Shown piece by piece: positions 7,234 through 15,021 of a stretch of 20,000 bases of DNA. Each line of letters starts with the position of its first letter. Positions within the stretch are counted from its first letter, which is position 1. The stretch lies in IMG/VR virus record IMGVR_UViG_3300035498_001325. One strand, given 5' to 3'. The notes under the pieces were generated by a model that was not told where the DNA came from, did not search any database, and saw nothing but the letters and a program-made list of their open reading frames with translations. Origin of the DNA: an uncultured virus (IMG/VR IMGVR_UViG_3300035498_001325). Its lineage: Duplodnaviria; Heunggongvirae; Uroviricota; Caudoviricetes. Position numbers and translations under genes: made by a program.

Positions 7234-9057
7234 ATGGAAACAAAATTAAAAGTAACATTATTAGATTACACACCTGAACCTGAAAAGTTAATTGCAGCAG
7301 CAGCTAAATTGTGTTATAGTTCATCTGACATTGAACACTTATATGAAAACCAAACTCCTGAGAAAGTAGAAAGTTTTTTAAATAGATTGGTAAATATAGG
7401 ACATTGTTTTGATGAAGAAACAGAAGTTCTTACTTCTACTGGATTTAAACCATGGAAAGATATAACAGAAAACGACCTTATTGGAGCTATTAATCCCACA
7501 ACGATTGAATTTGAAGGTTTTGAAAAACCAATTCAATTATTTAATTATGAAATAGATGATGATATGATTGAATTTAATCATAAATTGTTAAGTTTAAAGG
7601 TTACGACAGGACATAATTTATTTTGTTCAATATCAAATACTGCTAAAAATAGAGTAAATCCTACATTTAAATTGATAAGAGCAGACGAAACATTAAGAAC
7701 AGGTAAGGAAGTTTGGGAATCTCCATTAAGGATGTTAAGATGTGCTAACAATAAAAACAACGAAACCAATGATAGTGATATTATCTTCGCATTATATGGT
7801 TTTTTTATTGGTGATGGAAGTACTACAACCAATCATTCAATTATTTTTCATTTAAAGAAAAAACGTAAAATAGACTATTTAAAAAATTTATGTGAGAAAT
7901 TAAATTTAAAGTTAGATATATTAAAGAATGATAAATATAGTATAAAAAACTTAAAGGATGATTTTAAAGAAATGTTTTATAATGAAAACAAAGATAAAAC
8001 ATTTCCTAATTCTTTTTTTACAATGACTAAAAATCAATTTGATTATTTTTTAGAAGGGTTACATAATTCTGATGGTAATTATATGGATTATATACGATAT
8101 CATAAAAGTATATATTATTTCACAATGAGCAAAGAATTAAAAGATAAAATACAAGCTTTATGTGCAATAAACGGTAGAGCTACTTCTGTAAAAGTTAGAA
8201 AAACAGGTTGTTATGTAATCAATATAAACAGGAACAAAGATAATACCCCTATGTTTAATGATTCAAGAAATAAAAAAGCTCATGCACAAAAAGTACATTA
8301 TAAAGGGAACGTATATTGTGCCACTATATCAACAGGGCTTTTAATGATAAGAAGAAATGGATTTGTTTGTTTATGTGGAAATTGCTCGCCAATGGAACAC
8401 ATTTCATTTACATTTGGTATAGAAGGTGTTAGTAGAACTTTAACGCATCAATTAGTTAGACATAGAATCGGATGTTCCTTCTCGCAAAAATCCCAGAGGT
8501 ATGTGTCTGAGGAACAATTTGAATATATTATGCCTGAACAAATAAAAGATAATTACCATACAAAACAAATTTATACTACTTTAATGCACGATATACAGCA
8601 GAAGTATAATGATATGGTGGATATTTTATTATATCAAAAAATAATGGATAACAATAAAGATTGGAAAGAATATAATAAATTGTTTATTAACGAGGAAGAA
8701 AATTATAGTGTAAGAGAAGTAATAGATAAATTTAAGGAATACGATAAGAAAACTTATTCTCAATATGAAAAATCTATTATTGAAGATGTTAGATATGTAT
8801 TGCCTAATGCTACTGAAACTAAAATTGTTGTTACAATGAACTTTAGAGCTTTAATGAATTTCTGTCAGGAAAGATGTTGTATGAGAGCACAGTGGGAAAT
8901 AAGAGAATTAGCTAACGAAATGATTAGATTAGTTAAACCTCTTTGTCCGCATTTATATAAATTATTAGCTCCAAGTTGCGTTACAGATAAATGCAAAGAG
9001 GGTTATATGAGTTGTGGTAAAGCTAAAGAAATGAAAGAATTTTTTGAAAATATTTAA
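7234..9057 (+). CDS. thyX: Flavin-dependent thymidylate synthase ThyX, intein-containing
   Basis: AAAAKLCYS, GH|CSPMEH, GVSRTLTHQLVRHR..SFSQKSQRYV, RYVLPNATET, N.R.L, ER.C.RAQWEIR. Spliced product about 281 aa. Confidence 0.93.
   Translation: METKLKVTLLDYTPEPEKLIAAAAKLCYSSSDIEHLYENQTPEKVESFLNRLVNIGHCFDEETEVLTSTGFKPWKDITENDLIGAINPTTIEFEGFEKPIQLFNYEIDDDMIEFNHKLLSLKVTTGHNLFCSISNTAKNRVNPTFKLIRADETLRTGKEVWESPLRMLRCANNKNNETNDSDIIFALYGFFIGDGSTTTNHSIIFHLKKKRKIDYLKNLCEKLNLKLDILKNDKYSIKNLKDDFKEMFYNENKDKTFPNSFFTMTKNQFDYFLEGLHNSDGNYMDYIRYHKSIYYFTMSKELKDKIQALCAINGRATSVKVRKTGCYVININRNKDNTPMFNDSRNKKAHAQKVHYKGNVYCATISTGLLMIRRNGFVCLCGNCSPMEHISFTFGIEGVSRTLTHQLVRHRIGCSFSQKSQRYVSEEQFEYIMPEQIKDNYHTKQIYTTLMHDIQQKYNDMVDILLYQKIMDNNKDWKEYNKLFINEEENYSVREVIDKFKEYDKKTYSQYEKSIIEDVRYVLPNATETKIVVTMNFRALMNFCQERCCMRAQWEIRELANEMIRLVKPLCPHLYKLLAPSCVTDKCKEGYMSCGKAKEMKEFFENI
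7405..8382 (+). mobile_element. 326-aa intein with LAGLIDADG homing endonuclease
   Basis: Block A CFDEETEVLT, block B VTTGHNL, LAGLIDADG-like YGFFIGDGS and FLEGLHNSDG, block F/G VYCATI...CGN followed by +1 Cys. It splits the conserved GHxSPxEH motif. Confidence 0.92.
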
Positions 9058-9100
9058 ATTTCCGTATATATATTTTTTATGAAGTAACTTATTAAAGTAA

Positions 9101-9129
9101 TTGACATTATACGATATTTGTGGTATAAT
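9101..9129 (+). promoter_or_regulatory. sigmaA promoter (extended -10)
   Basis: TTGACA-17nt-TATAAT with TGn. Confidence 0.85.
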
Positions 9130-9152
9130 GTATTAAAAACGAGGTGGTTGTT

Positions 9153-9362
9153 ATGAATATAATTGAAGCTTTTAATGAATCTTTGAAAAACTTTAATGGT
9201 AAAACAATGACTTGCGTAGGAACGATTATTACAGAAAATGACAAATACTTTGTAGCCATTAAGAATAATGGAGAAATTTTCTTTAAATACGAATGTGAAA
9301 ATCACGAAGATGCAAAGAAACAGTTATATATGATATTGGAATACGCAGGTAATGATTGGTAA
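9153..9362 (+). CDS. Hypothetical protein (69 aa)
   Basis: ATG 9153 with SD GAGGTG at 6 nt; the ORF track starts at GTG 9144. Confidence 0.7.
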   Translation: MNIIEAFNESLKNFNGKTMTCVGTIITENDKYFVAIKNNGEIFFKYECENHEDAKKQLYMILEYAGNDW

Positions 9363-9389
9363 AAAATCTTATTAAAGGAAGTTTTATCT

Positions 9390-9614
9390 ATGAACAAGAC
9401 ATATTGTGAAAAATGTAGAAGTGATATTGAGTATACCACTAAGGAAATCTTAATGGTAAGCGTATTAAAAGACGTTAAATGTTCTTTTACGGGGAAGATT
9501 GCGAATTGTAAACAATGTGGTAATCCTGTTTATACTGATGAGATAAACGATTATAATATTAAACAATTATATAATGATTACTGCAACAGATACAGTCAAA
9601 AAACTTCTACATAA
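9390..9614 (+). CDS. Stand-alone MqsA/YgiT-type zinc-finger protein
   Basis: CEKC-x30-CKQCG..VY..EINDYN...LY..Y resembles the N-terminal Zn domain of MqsA-like antitoxins. No HTH follows. Confidence 0.7.
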   Translation: MNKTYCEKCRSDIEYTTKEILMVSVLKDVKCSFTGKIANCKQCGNPVYTDEINDYNIKQLYNDYCNRYSQKTST

Positions 9615-9621
9615 ACACAAT

Positions 9622-9657
9622 AAAAAAGAGAGGATTTTATTCCTCTCTCTTTTTTTT
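9622..9657. terminator. Bidirectional intrinsic terminator
   Basis: AGAGAGGA-tttat-TCCTCTCT-type hairpin with A and T tracts. Confidence 0.8.
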
Positions 9658-9679
9658 AATTTTTTGATTATTAAATTAT

Positions 9680-10780
9680 TTAAAATTGACCTGCATTTTC
9701 TAATAACTTACCATATTTATAATAACCATTAGCATTACTAAATTCAGAGTTCTCAATTAAACTAACTTCAATAATACCTTCTAATTCAGCCTTTAAATAT
9801 GGATAAATTACATTACCACCGCCACCAGTTAATAATAAATGTTGCATACTACCTAACTGGTCATTAGATAAGTTAATTAAATTATCTACTATATCAATAG
9901 CAAATGGTTTAGCTGCATCTTCGATAATTTTAGATATATTATATTCCTTAGTATTATGGAATAATACACCCGTTCTAATTATTTCATCAATATCTTTCAT
10001 TTCTTTCTTAACACCAAATTTATCCATAATCAATCTAATACATTCATTATGTACCTGATTAATACCTTTGTTAAATTGGTCTGAGAGAACTTCTACATAT
10101 CTTCCAGTTTCCATCGTTACAATATCAGTAGTCTTATAGCCTGGGTCTACAACCATAATAGTACCTGATACTTTATTAGCTCTCTCTTGAATTATATTAC
10201 CTGTTTCATCAAGAATAAAATCATAGAAGCTACCTTCACCCTGAGAGATAATTCTTACATTTTTAACTCTAATAGATTTATGTACTGATTTTGGACCATA
10301 GTGCATTGTAAAATCAAAACCCCTACCATAATTATAAATCATATTAAATAAATTGTCTTTCTGATTTTTAAATTCAAGTACAGGTAAGCCTGATATTACA
10401 TCTACCTCTAATTCAGTATCATCTTCTTCTGTCAATAAAGCTAAAGCAGTAATAAACTTAATTCTATTTTCCTCTAATTCAGCCTTATTTTGTCTTAAAC
10501 TTAATCTACCATTACGTGTATTTGTAATAGCATTATGACCTATATAATACTTTTGACCCTCATAGGTAATAGCTAAAGCATTTAATAATTCTTCCTTACT
10601 TGATACATTAGCAACCCTACCAAAATCAGAAATAGGAGTACCAACAGCAGATAAAAATTTATATTGCTGATTTTCAGATAATACTTTTACCTGACCATAG
10701 CCTAAATCAATACCTACCAATAATTTTGTTGGCTGTTTAACTTCTACTTCTTCTTTCTTATTGAAATCAAAAATTCCCAT
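9680..10780 (-). CDS. ParM/StbA-family actin-like ATPase
   Basis: Phosphate-1 GIDLGYGQVK, SGLP, connect QGEG, phosphate-2 VVDPGYKTTD and adenosine LTGGGG motifs. SD AAGGAG. Confidence 0.9.
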   Translation of the reverse strand: MGIFDFNKKEEVEVKQPTKLLVGIDLGYGQVKVLSENQQYKFLSAVGTPISDFGRVANVSSKEELLNALAITYEGQKYYIGHNAITNTRNGRLSLRQNKAELEENRIKFITALALLTEEDDTELEVDVISGLPVLEFKNQKDNLFNMIYNYGRGFDFTMHYGPKSVHKSIRVKNVRIISQGEGSFYDFILDETGNIIQERANKVSGTIMVVDPGYKTTDIVTMETGRYVEVLSDQFNKGINQVHNECIRLIMDKFGVKKEMKDIDEIIRTGVLFHNTKEYNISKIIEDAAKPFAIDIVDNLINLSNDQLGSMQHLLLTGGGGNVIYPYLKAELEGIIEVSLIENSEFSNANGYYKYGKLLENAGQF

Positions 10781-10861
10781 CTTATCACACTCCTTATATA
10801 TTTAATATATATAAAAAATAAATTCTAAATAAATATAAATATATTTGTATTTTTTAGAACA

Positions 10862-10900
10862 AAAGAAAAAAAGGATAAGCATTTAACTCATCCTCTTTTT
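10862..10900 (-). terminator. Probable intrinsic terminator separating the upstream pair from the actin gene
   Basis: AAAAAAAGGAT...ATCCTCTTTTT imperfect hairpin, with a U-tract on the - strand. Confidence 0.5.
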
Positions 10901-10949
10901 CCATTAGAAATTATATATATCACTTTATGAAAGGTGTACGCAAAAAGTA

Positions 10950-11564
10950 TTAACTACCAAAATTACTACCAAAATTAACACTCTTTTTAGTTTTCATATC
11001 ATCAAGTCGTTTATTTAAATCTTGATTATTCTTCTTAAGCTGCTGTACGGCATCTAATAAACTTGATATCTTATCGTCCTTTTGCTTTTGAAGTATTTCT
11101 TCTCTTTTGCGAGTAACACAACGGAGAGCAATATCTTCAAAATCTCTCAAAAAGGTCTCATCGGTATTAAGTACCCTTCCTAATAATTTATCTCCCATTA
11201 CCTCTACAAGTTTATTATCTATACCTTGACGTGTTTTAAGAGGTATTATTCTATTTTTCTTGGGTAATTTTATTGTTATGTTATTTTCAATTACAGACTG
11301 TATATTTGAGATATTACTTAAATCTTCAAGCTGTGCGTATAAATGACTTTTATCACTTTCTGAAATTCCAAATAATCCAGTCTTTCTAATGCGTTTCATA
11401 GTTTCTTCTGAAATTCCACTACCACCATTTGATAAATTGGCTTTAGTATTAACCAAATCATACCAATTCAAATTGCAGTTTATCATTATATTACAAATAG
11501 TGTTTTTTTGTCTTTCATATTTAAGCTTTTCTTCTGCACTAAGATTTTCATAGTTTTTAACCAT
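10950..11564 (-). CDS. Hypothetical protein, possible degenerate HTH plus C-terminal coiled coil
   Basis: GISEETMKRIRKTG, heptad-like C-terminus, SD AAGGAG. Confidence 0.65.
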   Translation of the reverse strand: MVKNYENLSAEEKLKYERQKNTICNIMINCNLNWYDLVNTKANLSNGGSGISEETMKRIRKTGLFGISESDKSHLYAQLEDLSNISNIQSVIENNITIKLPKKNRIIPLKTRQGIDNKLVEVMGDKLLGRVLNTDETFLRDFEDIALRCVTRKREEILQKQKDDKISSLLDAVQQLKKNNQDLNKRLDDMKTKKSVNFGSNFGS

Positions 11565-11592
11565 TTTTTATCTCCTTTTTATGTATAGTTTT

Positions 11593-12639
11593 TTAGTTGA
11601 TTTTGAACTTTGGGTCTTCTATTTGATTGATGAAATCCATCACATAAACTCTACCCTCAACAGTAAGTGTTTTCCATTTTTCAACTATCATTTCAAGTAA
11701 TATATTTGACATAGTTTTTTCCTTGTCAACAAAAGCGTTCTTCTTATCTTCTTCTTTTGAAGATTGAAGATACATTTGATTATTACTTTCAATATTAAGT
11801 TGTGGCTTGTTTTCGGATAACTGTTGACTATTAACAGCTTCTGCTAATTCATTCATAGATTTAACAAATATTTTCTTATTTGTTTCGTTTCTTTTTTTAA
11901 TGAGTTCTTCCTCTACTTCTTGAAGCTGTGCAAGTTGAGCATCTACTTCTGAAATAGGATTAGCTTCAACTATTTCTTCATCAATAATATCTTCTAAAAT
12001 ATCTTCTGATACAATGTTTTCAGAAATAATATTATTAGAAGTAGTATTATTAGAAGTAGTAATATTATTAGAAGGAATGTTTTCAGTATCAACATTACTT
12101 GAAACGGATTTAGCGTTTTTACTTCTTTTGCGAGGAGTTTTATTAGCAACAATTTCATTATATACTTTTTCATTTACCTCATTTACTATATTGAGTTCTT
12201 CATCAGTACAATATTTTGATACATCAAATGAGAGTTTCTTGTATTCTTCTGCTGTTGAAATACCTTCTATTGCATCGAAATCTTCAACCTCTGAAGTTTC
12301 ATCGCCAATACCAAAGAATAAATATTTAAATGAAATGTTTAAAGCTCTTGCTAAAAAAACAATGACATTGCCACTTAAGCCACTTGTACTACTATAATTC
12401 TTTTCATCAAAACTTTTACCAAAGTATTTATTGATATTGTTTATATTTGCAACAGCACCGCCATATTTTTCTGTATTTTCTGCTGCAAATTTTCCTAATG
12501 AAATAGAGTTATCATTTGAGCTTTTCTTTTTACCGTTAAAGTTTACTCCCATTTTGCTTAAATAGGTTAAACCTCTTTCTCTTACTTCTTTTGTGAAGTA
12601 AATAGGAATTGCATTCTTTTTGCATCTAGACATAAACAA
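11593..12639 (-). CDS. Hypothetical protein with XRE/Cro-like HTH segment and acidic low-complexity linker
   Basis: SGNVIVFLARALNISFKYLFFG resembles XRE-family helices 4-5. Confidence 0.6.
   Translation of the reverse strand: MFMSRCKKNAIPIYFTKEVRERGLTYLSKMGVNFNGKKKSSNDNSISLGKFAAENTEKYGGAVANINNINKYFGKSFDEKNYSSTSGLSGNVIVFLARALNISFKYLFFGIGDETSEVEDFDAIEGISTAEEYKKLSFDVSKYCTDEELNIVNEVNEKVYNEIVANKTPRKRSKNAKSVSSNVDTENIPSNNITTSNNTTSNNIISENIVSEDILEDIIDEEIVEANPISEVDAQLAQLQEVEEELIKKRNETNKKIFVKSMNELAEAVNSQQLSENKPQLNIESNNQMYLQSSKEEDKKNAFVDKEKTMSNILLEMIVEKWKTLTVEGRVYVMDFINQIEDPKFKIN
12028..12074. repeat. In-frame short tandem repeat (TATTATTAGAAG x3)
   Basis: Copies at 12030, 12045 and 12063, encoding SNNII/SNNTT/SNNIT. 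Confidence 0.7.
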
Positions 12640-12694
12640 CCATTTTCCTTTCTATAAGATTTTTTATATTAATTTGGTGTGTTTCTATGTTTTC

Positions 12695-12723
12695 ATTCTA
12701 TCACAAGTTTTATTTTTTGTCAA
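12695..12723 (-). promoter_or_regulatory. sigmaA promoter (extended -10)
   Basis: TTGACA-17nt-TAGAAT with TGn. Confidence 0.8.
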
Positions 12724-12736
12724 GGATAAATTCATC

Positions 12737-12769
12737 AAAAAAAGCAGTTATTTTTAAACTGCCTTTTTT
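12737..12769. terminator. Intrinsic terminator
   Basis: AAAAAAAGCAGTT...AACTGCCTTTTTT. Confidence 0.75.
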
Positions 12770-12780
12770 AACAATATTTT

Positions 12781-13071
12781 TTAATTTTCTACTAAGATAT
12801 ATCCCTGATTAACCATATATACATTATATGATAATGGTATAAATTCTTGAACAAATTCTAATCTTTCGTTATCTGATGTTTTTACAATTATCTTGTCATT
12901 TTCAATATCTTCTTTAAAATCATTTAATTTATAAAGAAAATAATTCTTTGTTGTTTTACCTTTAGGTTTTAGAACAACCGTGTCAAAAGTAATATCATCA
13001 ATATAATACTCTTTATATTCATCTCCAAATTTACTTGTTTTTACATAATAACTATAATCTTTGTTGAACAT
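12781..13071 (-). CDS. Hypothetical protein
   Basis: 96-aa ORF with SD AAGGTG. Confidence 0.7.
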   Translation of the reverse strand: MFNKDYSYYVKTSKFGDEYKEYYIDDITFDTVVLKPKGKTTKNYFLYKLNDFKEDIENDKIIVKTSDNERLEFVQEFIPLSYNVYMVNQGYILVEN

Positions 13072-13092
13072 AAAGCATCACCTTATTTATTT

Positions 13093-13782
13093 TTATTTAA
13101 AAAAGGCTTTTCTGATAAAGTTACAAATCCTATTAGATTTATAAATATTAGGATAGAGGAAATCTATAAAGTCTTCACTATGAGTTGCAATACCTTTTCT
13201 CATTAATACCATTCTATTTGCATCGTATTCGGGTTTTGCAAATCTCTTTACTTCATCAATACTTAAATCGAAATCAGAAAAAGCCGTTCTTATTACTTCC
13301 ATTTGCTTAGAATTAAATCTTGAATCAGCAAATATTTTAATTTTTTCATAACTTAATTCATTGGTAACAAATCCTAATTCCACCTGCGTTAATTGGTCAA
13401 AATTTAATGGTTTAAGAATTTGAGCTTCTTCTATTGACATACCTTTATCTAAGCAATTCAATACTAATTTCATTGAAAAATCATCAAATTCGCCTTTTAT
13501 AAGAAAATCTATTTTATCTTCACTTGTTTTATTTAACATAGCTCCTAATAAGAAACTTAATTGTTTAGCATCAAAGCCCTCTACTAAAATTTTCTTAACT
13601 TGGTCTATAGATAATCCTTTTAAAAATCCAGTAGCTATTACCCCTAAAAGTTCCTGAGAATAATGTTTTTCATCTTTACAGTAATAATAAAAATCCTTCT
13701 TTTCTTGTTGTTCAGGTGTTAAAGTTTTCGGTCTATATCTATCACTACTCAACTTTTTCAATTTTAATATCACCCTATTCAA
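13093..13782 (-). CDS. Helical repeat protein (about 29-aa repeats)
   Basis: About 5 repeats of F(D/N)xxQ(L/M)xx(I/V)xxG/A..GLSx(D/E)x(V/I). TTG start with SD GGGGG. Confidence 0.7.
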   Translation of the reverse strand: MNRVILKLKKLSSDRYRPKTLTPEQQEKKDFYYYCKDEKHYSQELLGVIATGFLKGLSIDQVKKILVEGFDAKQLSFLLGAMLNKTSEDKIDFLIKGEFDDFSMKLVLNCLDKGMSIEEAQILKPLNFDQLTQVELGFVTNELSYEKIKIFADSRFNSKQMEVIRTAFSDFDLSIDEVKRFAKPEYDANRMVLMRKGIATHSEDFIDFLYPNIYKSNRICNFIRKAFFK

Positions 13783-13879
13783 AATAATATCCCCCTTTAT
13801 TGTTTTTTACAATAAAAAAATAGACTTAATATGATTAAAAATATTTTTTAAAAAAATTGAACTTTTTTAAAAAAAGTAC

Positions 13880-13908
13880 TTGACAAATTGCAAATACTGT
13901 GCTATAAT
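13880..13908 (+). promoter_or_regulatory. sigmaA promoter (extended -10) driving a non-coding transcript
   Basis: TTGACA(13880)-17nt-TATAAT(13903) with TGn, plus upstream A/T tracts. Confidence 0.88.
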
Positions 13909-13913
13909 TACTA

Positions 13914-14045
13914 ATGTAATCAAGGAACGGTAAAAATTGATTACAGGATAGATTGGGTTTGTAAAAAACTCCTTTTGTCTTAGTTTTAGTGTTTTGTGTT
14001 TTGTTTACGGTTGAAGAAAGCAGGTATTGATTACCTGCTTTTTTC
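13914..14045 (+). ncRNA. Putative ~130-nt small regulatory RNA
   Basis: Bounded by a perfect promoter and a terminator, with no credible ORF. 5' hairpin TGTAATCAA/TTGATTACA, anti-SD CTCCTTTT (13969-13976), GU-rich tract. Confidence 0.7.
14014..14045. terminator. Intrinsic terminator (bidirectional)
   Basis: AAAGCAGGTA-ttgat-TACCTGCTTT followed by a T-tract. Confidence 0.85.
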
Positions 14046-14078
14046 TTTTATTTATAAATGTTCTTTAATTATAAATAT

Positions 14079-14885
14079 TTAATATTGTTCTTCATCATTA
14101 GATGTTCTAATCTTTACTACATTCTCTAAACAAGATTTACCCATATAGAATGAAACGACTACACCAAAAGGCGTTGATATAAATGATAATAATTCAGATG
14201 GTAATGTACCTTTTATATACCACATAATCCAAGATACTACCCAAGTAAAACCAAACAATATTGTTACCATAATTGTAATTAATTTACTAAATTCTAAATT
14301 ATGGAAATAATAAGAAAGACTAATTGTTTCTTCTGTCATTTCTTCTGTTTCAGTTTTAGCTCTACGTGGGAAAAAAGTGTTTCTCTCTTTTTCTACCTTA
14401 ATAGATGGTTTAGTAACAACATTAGGAGCTATACTTTCCTTTATTACATTAGTTGCATAATTTACAGGAGTATCAACTTTTGATTGAGGAGATACTACTG
14501 CTTGTGGATTGTCAATAGGTATTTGTACATTTTCATTTAAAAACCTATTCATTGAAGCTATTTGTTCTTCTTCACCATTTTCTTCATTATTTTTAGTAGT
14601 ATCTTCTATAGTTTCTTCGTTTTCTACTGATTCTTCATTATTTACATTATTATCAATTTGCTCATTATTAAAAGTTTCAATATTATTTTCAATATTAACC
14701 CCCGTAGGTCTATTTTTTATATTTGGAGGTTCAGTATTATTTTGTACAGCATCAGGAATTTGATTGTATTCTTCTATTGGAATTTCATTATTACTTACAG
14801 TTTCAATATTTTCATTGTTATTTTCTTCATTATTATTTTCTTCAATATTTACTTCTTCATTATCTATTTTCTTTTTTCTACCCAC
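14079..14885 (-). CDS. Membrane protein: long acidic N/E-rich N-terminus plus two C-terminal TM helices (holin-like)
   Basis: LEFSKLI..TM..TM..FYMGKSCLEN resembles small Firmicutes phage lysis-region membrane proteins. GTG 14885 has SD GAGGTG at 6 nt; the ORF track starts at 14894. Confidence 0.65.
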   Translation of the reverse strand: MGRKKKIDNEEVNIEENNNEENNNENIETVSNNEIPIEEYNQIPDAVQNNTEPPNIKNRPTGVNIENNIETFNNEQIDNNVNNEESVENEETIEDTTKNNEENGEEEQIASMNRFLNENVQIPIDNPQAVVSPQSKVDTPVNYATNVIKESIAPNVVTKPSIKVEKERNTFFPRRAKTETEEMTEETISLSYYFHNLEFSKLITIMVTILFGFTWVVSWIMWYIKGTLPSELLSFISTPFGVVVSFYMGKSCLENVVKIRTSNDEEQY

Positions 14886-14945
14886 ATTCTTCACCTCTCC
14901 TTTTTTATATTTAATAGTTTTATTTAAATTTTTTATATAAAACTA

Positions 14946-14974
14946 TTGACAATCGACAAAAATAATGGCATAAT
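14946..14974 (+). promoter_or_regulatory. sigmaA promoter (extended -10)
   Basis: TTGACA-17nt-CATAAT with TGn. Confidence 0.75.
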
Positions 14975-15021
14975 ATTAACATAAATAAAGGAAATTTAAA
15001 TTAATTAAAGGAGAGATAAAT

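Noticed and set aside
7017..7832. Minus-strand ORFs 7017-7205, 7314-7499 and 7578-7832
   Set aside because: Antisense shadows of well-supported + strand genes
9054..9305. 83-aa minus-strand ORF
   Set aside because: Antisense to a promoter- and SD-supported gene and runs across its promoter
9650..10830. Leader/trailer complementarity around the actin gene
   Set aside because: Only short AT-only matches (e.g. TATTAAAT), indistinguishable from background
10781..10950. parC-like centromere iterons next to the actin gene
   Set aside because: Only irregular TAAAT-type AT-rich runs, with no regularly spaced repeat unit
12014..12397. 127-aa hydrophobic plus-strand ORF
   Set aside because: Antisense artefact of an N/E/K-rich coding strand
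13914..14010. Minus-strand gene using the AAAAGGAG SD
   Set aside because: No start codon at a suitable distance; promoter and terminator favour a + strand RNA
14301..14927. Plus-strand ORFs 14301-14483, 14509-14763, 14658-14927 and 14723-14914
   Set aside because: Antisense shadows of the low-complexity gene 14079-14885
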